Source: Psammoneis japonica (taxonomy: Eukaryota). Taken from it: a DNA stretch of 64,000 bases. Made by a program: the position numbers and the translations under genes. Below the pieces are notes generated by a model. The model worked only from the letters and a program-made list of their open reading frames with translations, ran no database searches and was not told the DNA's origin. Position 1 is the stretch's first letter. Each line of letters opens with the position of its first letter. Positions 60,817-64,000 of the stretch are shown here, one piece after another. The stretch spans positions 29,916 to 93,915 of the forward strand of contig QPGO01000244.1 of assembly GCA_008632985.1 (NCBI GenBank), read 5' to 3'.

Positions 60817-62929
60817 ATGAAGTTTTCGTCGAGTGCGCTGCTGTTGCTCTTGTGCAAGTCAGCAGTGATCCAGTCCTTTGCTCCGCCTCAGCCAACGTTT
60901 GGTCGTGGTAGACTTGTTCTTCATGCCGCCACAAACGGTGAAACTGCGGTCAAGCAAGAAGCATCAAAAACAGAGGAAGAAGAGCCTCACTTTGCCGAGA
61001 AGCAGTACGATGCTGTAACCAATTCGGCCTTTGAAAAATACAAGAAAGAATATGAGGAATCGATCAAGGATCCCTCTAAGTTTTGGTCTCAGCAAGCTGA
61101 AGATATGTTGGACTGGCAACAGCCTTTTCACGCAGCTTTGCAGGGATCACTTGAAGACGGATCTGTCACGTGGTTTGCTGGAGGAAAGCTCAATGTCTGT
61201 TACAATGCCATTGATCGTCACGTGGAAACTGGAAATGACGTTGCTCTGGTTTGGGAAGGGGATGAGCCAAGCGACACCAAGTCGTACACTTATAAGGAAC
61301 TCTTGGCAAAGACGTCTCAAATTGCCAACGCACTAAAATCGCAAGGTGTCAGGCGAGGAGATGTGGTCACGATTTACATGCCAATGATACCTGAGTTAGC
61401 CATGACGATGCTAGCATGTGCAAGAATCGGTGCTGTTCACTCTGTTGTGTTTGCAGGATTCTCGTCCGAAGCCTTGGCGCAGCGCATTGCCGCGGCACAG
61501 TCAAAATTCGTGGTGACAGCGGATGTCGGAAAACGTGGGGGTAAGACTATCGCGCTGAAAGATATTGTGAATGACAGTTTAGATCTCCAAGACTGCGACG
61601 CTGTTGTGGAAAAGGTGTTTGTCTTCGAACGCTTTCATGATCCAGAATCGACAGAGGCGACTTTTGAAATGAAAGACAAGGATGTCCGAATGGATCCACT
61701 CGTCAGAAGACAACGGCCGTACTGCGTTCCAGAAACAATGGACGCCGAAGACGACTTGTTTATTCTTTACACTTCCGGCAGTACGGGCATGCCAAAGGGC
61801 TTGGTCCACACGACCGGTGGGTATGCTCTCTATGCTGCATTTACCACAAAGAATACCTTTAACTTGGCGAAAGATGATCTGTTTGCATGTGTGGCCGATT
61901 GTGGTTGGATTACAGGACACACCTACGTTGTCTATGGTGCGCTTTTGAACGGCGGCACTACCTTTATGTTTGAGTCAACACCTGTCTATCCGATCCTGGC
62001 AGGTATTGGGACATGGTGGAGCGACACGGGATCACATTATCTACACCGCACCTACAGCGATTCGTCTTTTGATGCGGTATGAGATGAATATCCGAAAAAA
62101 TATGATTTATCGAGTCTCAAGGTTTTAGGAAGTGTCGGAGAGCCTATCAACCCAGAAGCATGGCGCTGGTACTTTGAGACAATTGGTCGCTCTCAATGTA
62201 GCGTGGTTGATACCTATTGGCAAACGGAGACTGGCGGCCATATAATTACAAACTTTCCCGGAGTAACGCCCATGAAACCGGGAAGTTGTACATTGCCGTC
62301 ATATGGAATCGATGCGGTAGTGTTGGACCCTCTTGATGGACACGTGTTGGAGGGCAGTCCGCAGGAGGGTGTCTTGGCAATTCGTCAGCCATGGCCGGGT
62401 ATGGCCCGAACGTGTCTAGGCGATCACGAGCGGTACATGCAGGTGTACACAAAGCCTTATCCAGGCTTCTACTTTACAGGCGACTCCGTGATTCGAGATC
62501 AAGATGGATACCATTTTATTACCGGGCGTGTCGATGATGTATGAACGTGAGCGGTCATCGGATTGGCACCGCCGAAGTAGAAAGCGCCTCGTCGGTCACT
62601 CAGGAGTGGCGCAAGCAGCTGTCGTTGGACAGCCCCATCCTATCAAGGGGCAATCGATTGTTGCCTTTGTCATGTTGGATGTTAAACATGAGGAGAGTGA
62701 CTCTCTTGTGAAGGAACTGCGCAATCAAGTACGGACCGACATTGGGCCGTTCGCATCTCCTGACGTCATTTGTGTTGCTCCTTCACTCCCAATGACCCGT
62801 AGTGGAAAAATTATGAGACGTATCCTTCGCAAAATTGTTGCCGGGGAAACGGATACATTAGGTGATACGAGTACTCTTGCGGATCCATCAATTGTCGACG
62901 TTCTCATTGACAAAGTTGAAAGCTGGTAG
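60817..62929 (+). CDS. ACS: Acetyl-CoA synthetase, predicted plastid-targeted (several 1-bp frameshifts after ~61990)
   Basis: [50 protein letters not shown] and [13 protein letters not shown] motifs; N-terminal signal peptide followed by QS-FAP. Confidence 0.93.
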
Positions 62930-63443
62930 TTTGTGTACGTACTTAGATTGTTCCTCGTGTTTTGGTAGCCGAGCGGTGGCGGGTTTGAAAGGTGAAGAAC
63001 GTGTGAAATAATGTCTGTCCTTTCCATGTCACATTCAGCATGTGGCGCGGCCGGGAGGGGTCGTAGCTGCTGTAGCCGACTTCTTTAAACAGCACTGTGT
63101 TCCTGGAATTCTTGGAGTCTTCGTGTGCTTTCGTGCTGATTTCCCCCCAGAAGAATCCCAATCAGACGCCATAAAACTGATAATGGCTGCAGATTATTGT
63201 GAGAGGCGCAACGCCTAAATCCACATGTTGTGAATCATTATTTTACGCTCGTTCATTCATCATAATTTGCAGAAGTAAAATAAACTCTATGGATAGTTCA
63301 CATCAGTAGATTGTACCCTCATTCTTCGTTTGCGCCTTGAAGGCAACAACCGTCAATACCCGTAAATCCTATTTGCATGCCCAATCAGTTCGTGATGCAC
63401 AGTGTGTGAATCTACTCCGCCATGCACCAAATATACTATCCAT

Positions 63444-63938
63444 TCATGGCTTCAGCTTTCTGGTGCTTGACACCCTCCTGCTCGCACGGATCTCCAGCAT
63501 TTTACCTTGCATGGCTGCTGCGATGCTAGTCACATTCTGCTTGGTCATTTGAATCGCCTTTGTGACGTTTTCGCTGTTGGCATTCACCAGCTTGAGCTTT
63601 CGATCCAGAAACGCTAGGGTTTCCTTGTTGTTTTTCTCGCAATAGTATCCGGTACCCAGTTCCACAAAGAGCTTGTCGGCGTCGCGGATATTTGCCGGAA
63701 CATAGAGACTCTCCGTTAATGGAATCATGACTTGCTTGTTTTCGGATGCAGGTGACAGTTCCGATACGGCGAGCTTGGACGCGGTTAGTCGCGCTGCGGC
63801 AGCACGGAGATGCGCATAGCGATTCGTGAAGGACTCCAATTGCTCTTCCTCTTGTTGTTTCATCTGATTCAATTGATCCAGACTCATCGAATCCAGATCA
63901 ATCACTCTGGACTTGTCCTCGTTAGATTCACTACTCAT
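63444..63938 (-). CDS. PFDN5: Prefoldin subunit 5 (alpha type)
   Basis: IDLDSMSLDQL...VMIPLTESLYVP...LFVELGTGYY.EK...FLDRK; the exact C-terminus is uncertain. Confidence 0.9.
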   Translation of the reverse strand: MSSESNEDKSRVIDLDSMSLDQLNQMKQQEEEQLESFTNRYAHLRAAAARLTASKLAVSELSPASENKQVMIPLTESLYVPANIRDADKLFVELGTGYYCEKNNKETLAFLDRKLKLVNANSENVTKAIQMTKQNVTSIAAAMQGKMLEIRASRRVSSTRKLKP

Positions 63939-64000
63939 GATATAGAAGTTGCGTTGGTTAGCGGCGCCTTTAGCCTTTGCTAGTTAGTATAAAAATGGGT

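Noticed and set aside
61985..62600. ACS pseudogenisation or programmed frameshifting
   Set aside because: About five single-base deletions in short homopolymers with otherwise conserved motifs look like long-read consensus errors. The same applies at ~24727.

Overview
Eukaryotic genomic DNA, almost certainly a diatom. Evidence: CoDi-like Ty1/copia elements, a bipartite 'SFAP' plastid presequence, a diatom-type cyclin and short GT-AG introns. Blocks of apparently intact host genes (two tandem OSCA/TMEM63 channels, a cyclin, plastid acetyl-CoA synthetase, prefoldin 5) alternate with transposon-rich blocks. The latter hold three copia elements with both LTRs and 5-bp TSDs, further copia relics, a CRE-like non-LTR relic, a MULE relic, MITE-like elements and a ~2 kb dispersed inverted repeat. 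Two of the copia elements split host genes (a JmjC gene and a beta-propeller gene). The main signal is a repeat-associated, strand-symmetric hypermutation converting TpA to TpG or CpA (A:T to G:C). It shows in LTR-to-LTR alignments, in Tyr-to-Cys/His changes at conserved motifs and in sharply bounded TpA-depleted domains. It resembles a RIP-like genome defence with the opposite chemistry and direction to fungal RIP. Two copia elements also have unusual primer-binding sites: one is complementary to its own LTR (Tf1-like self-priming) and one to the D-arm of initiator tRNA. All alignments and counts were done by eye.
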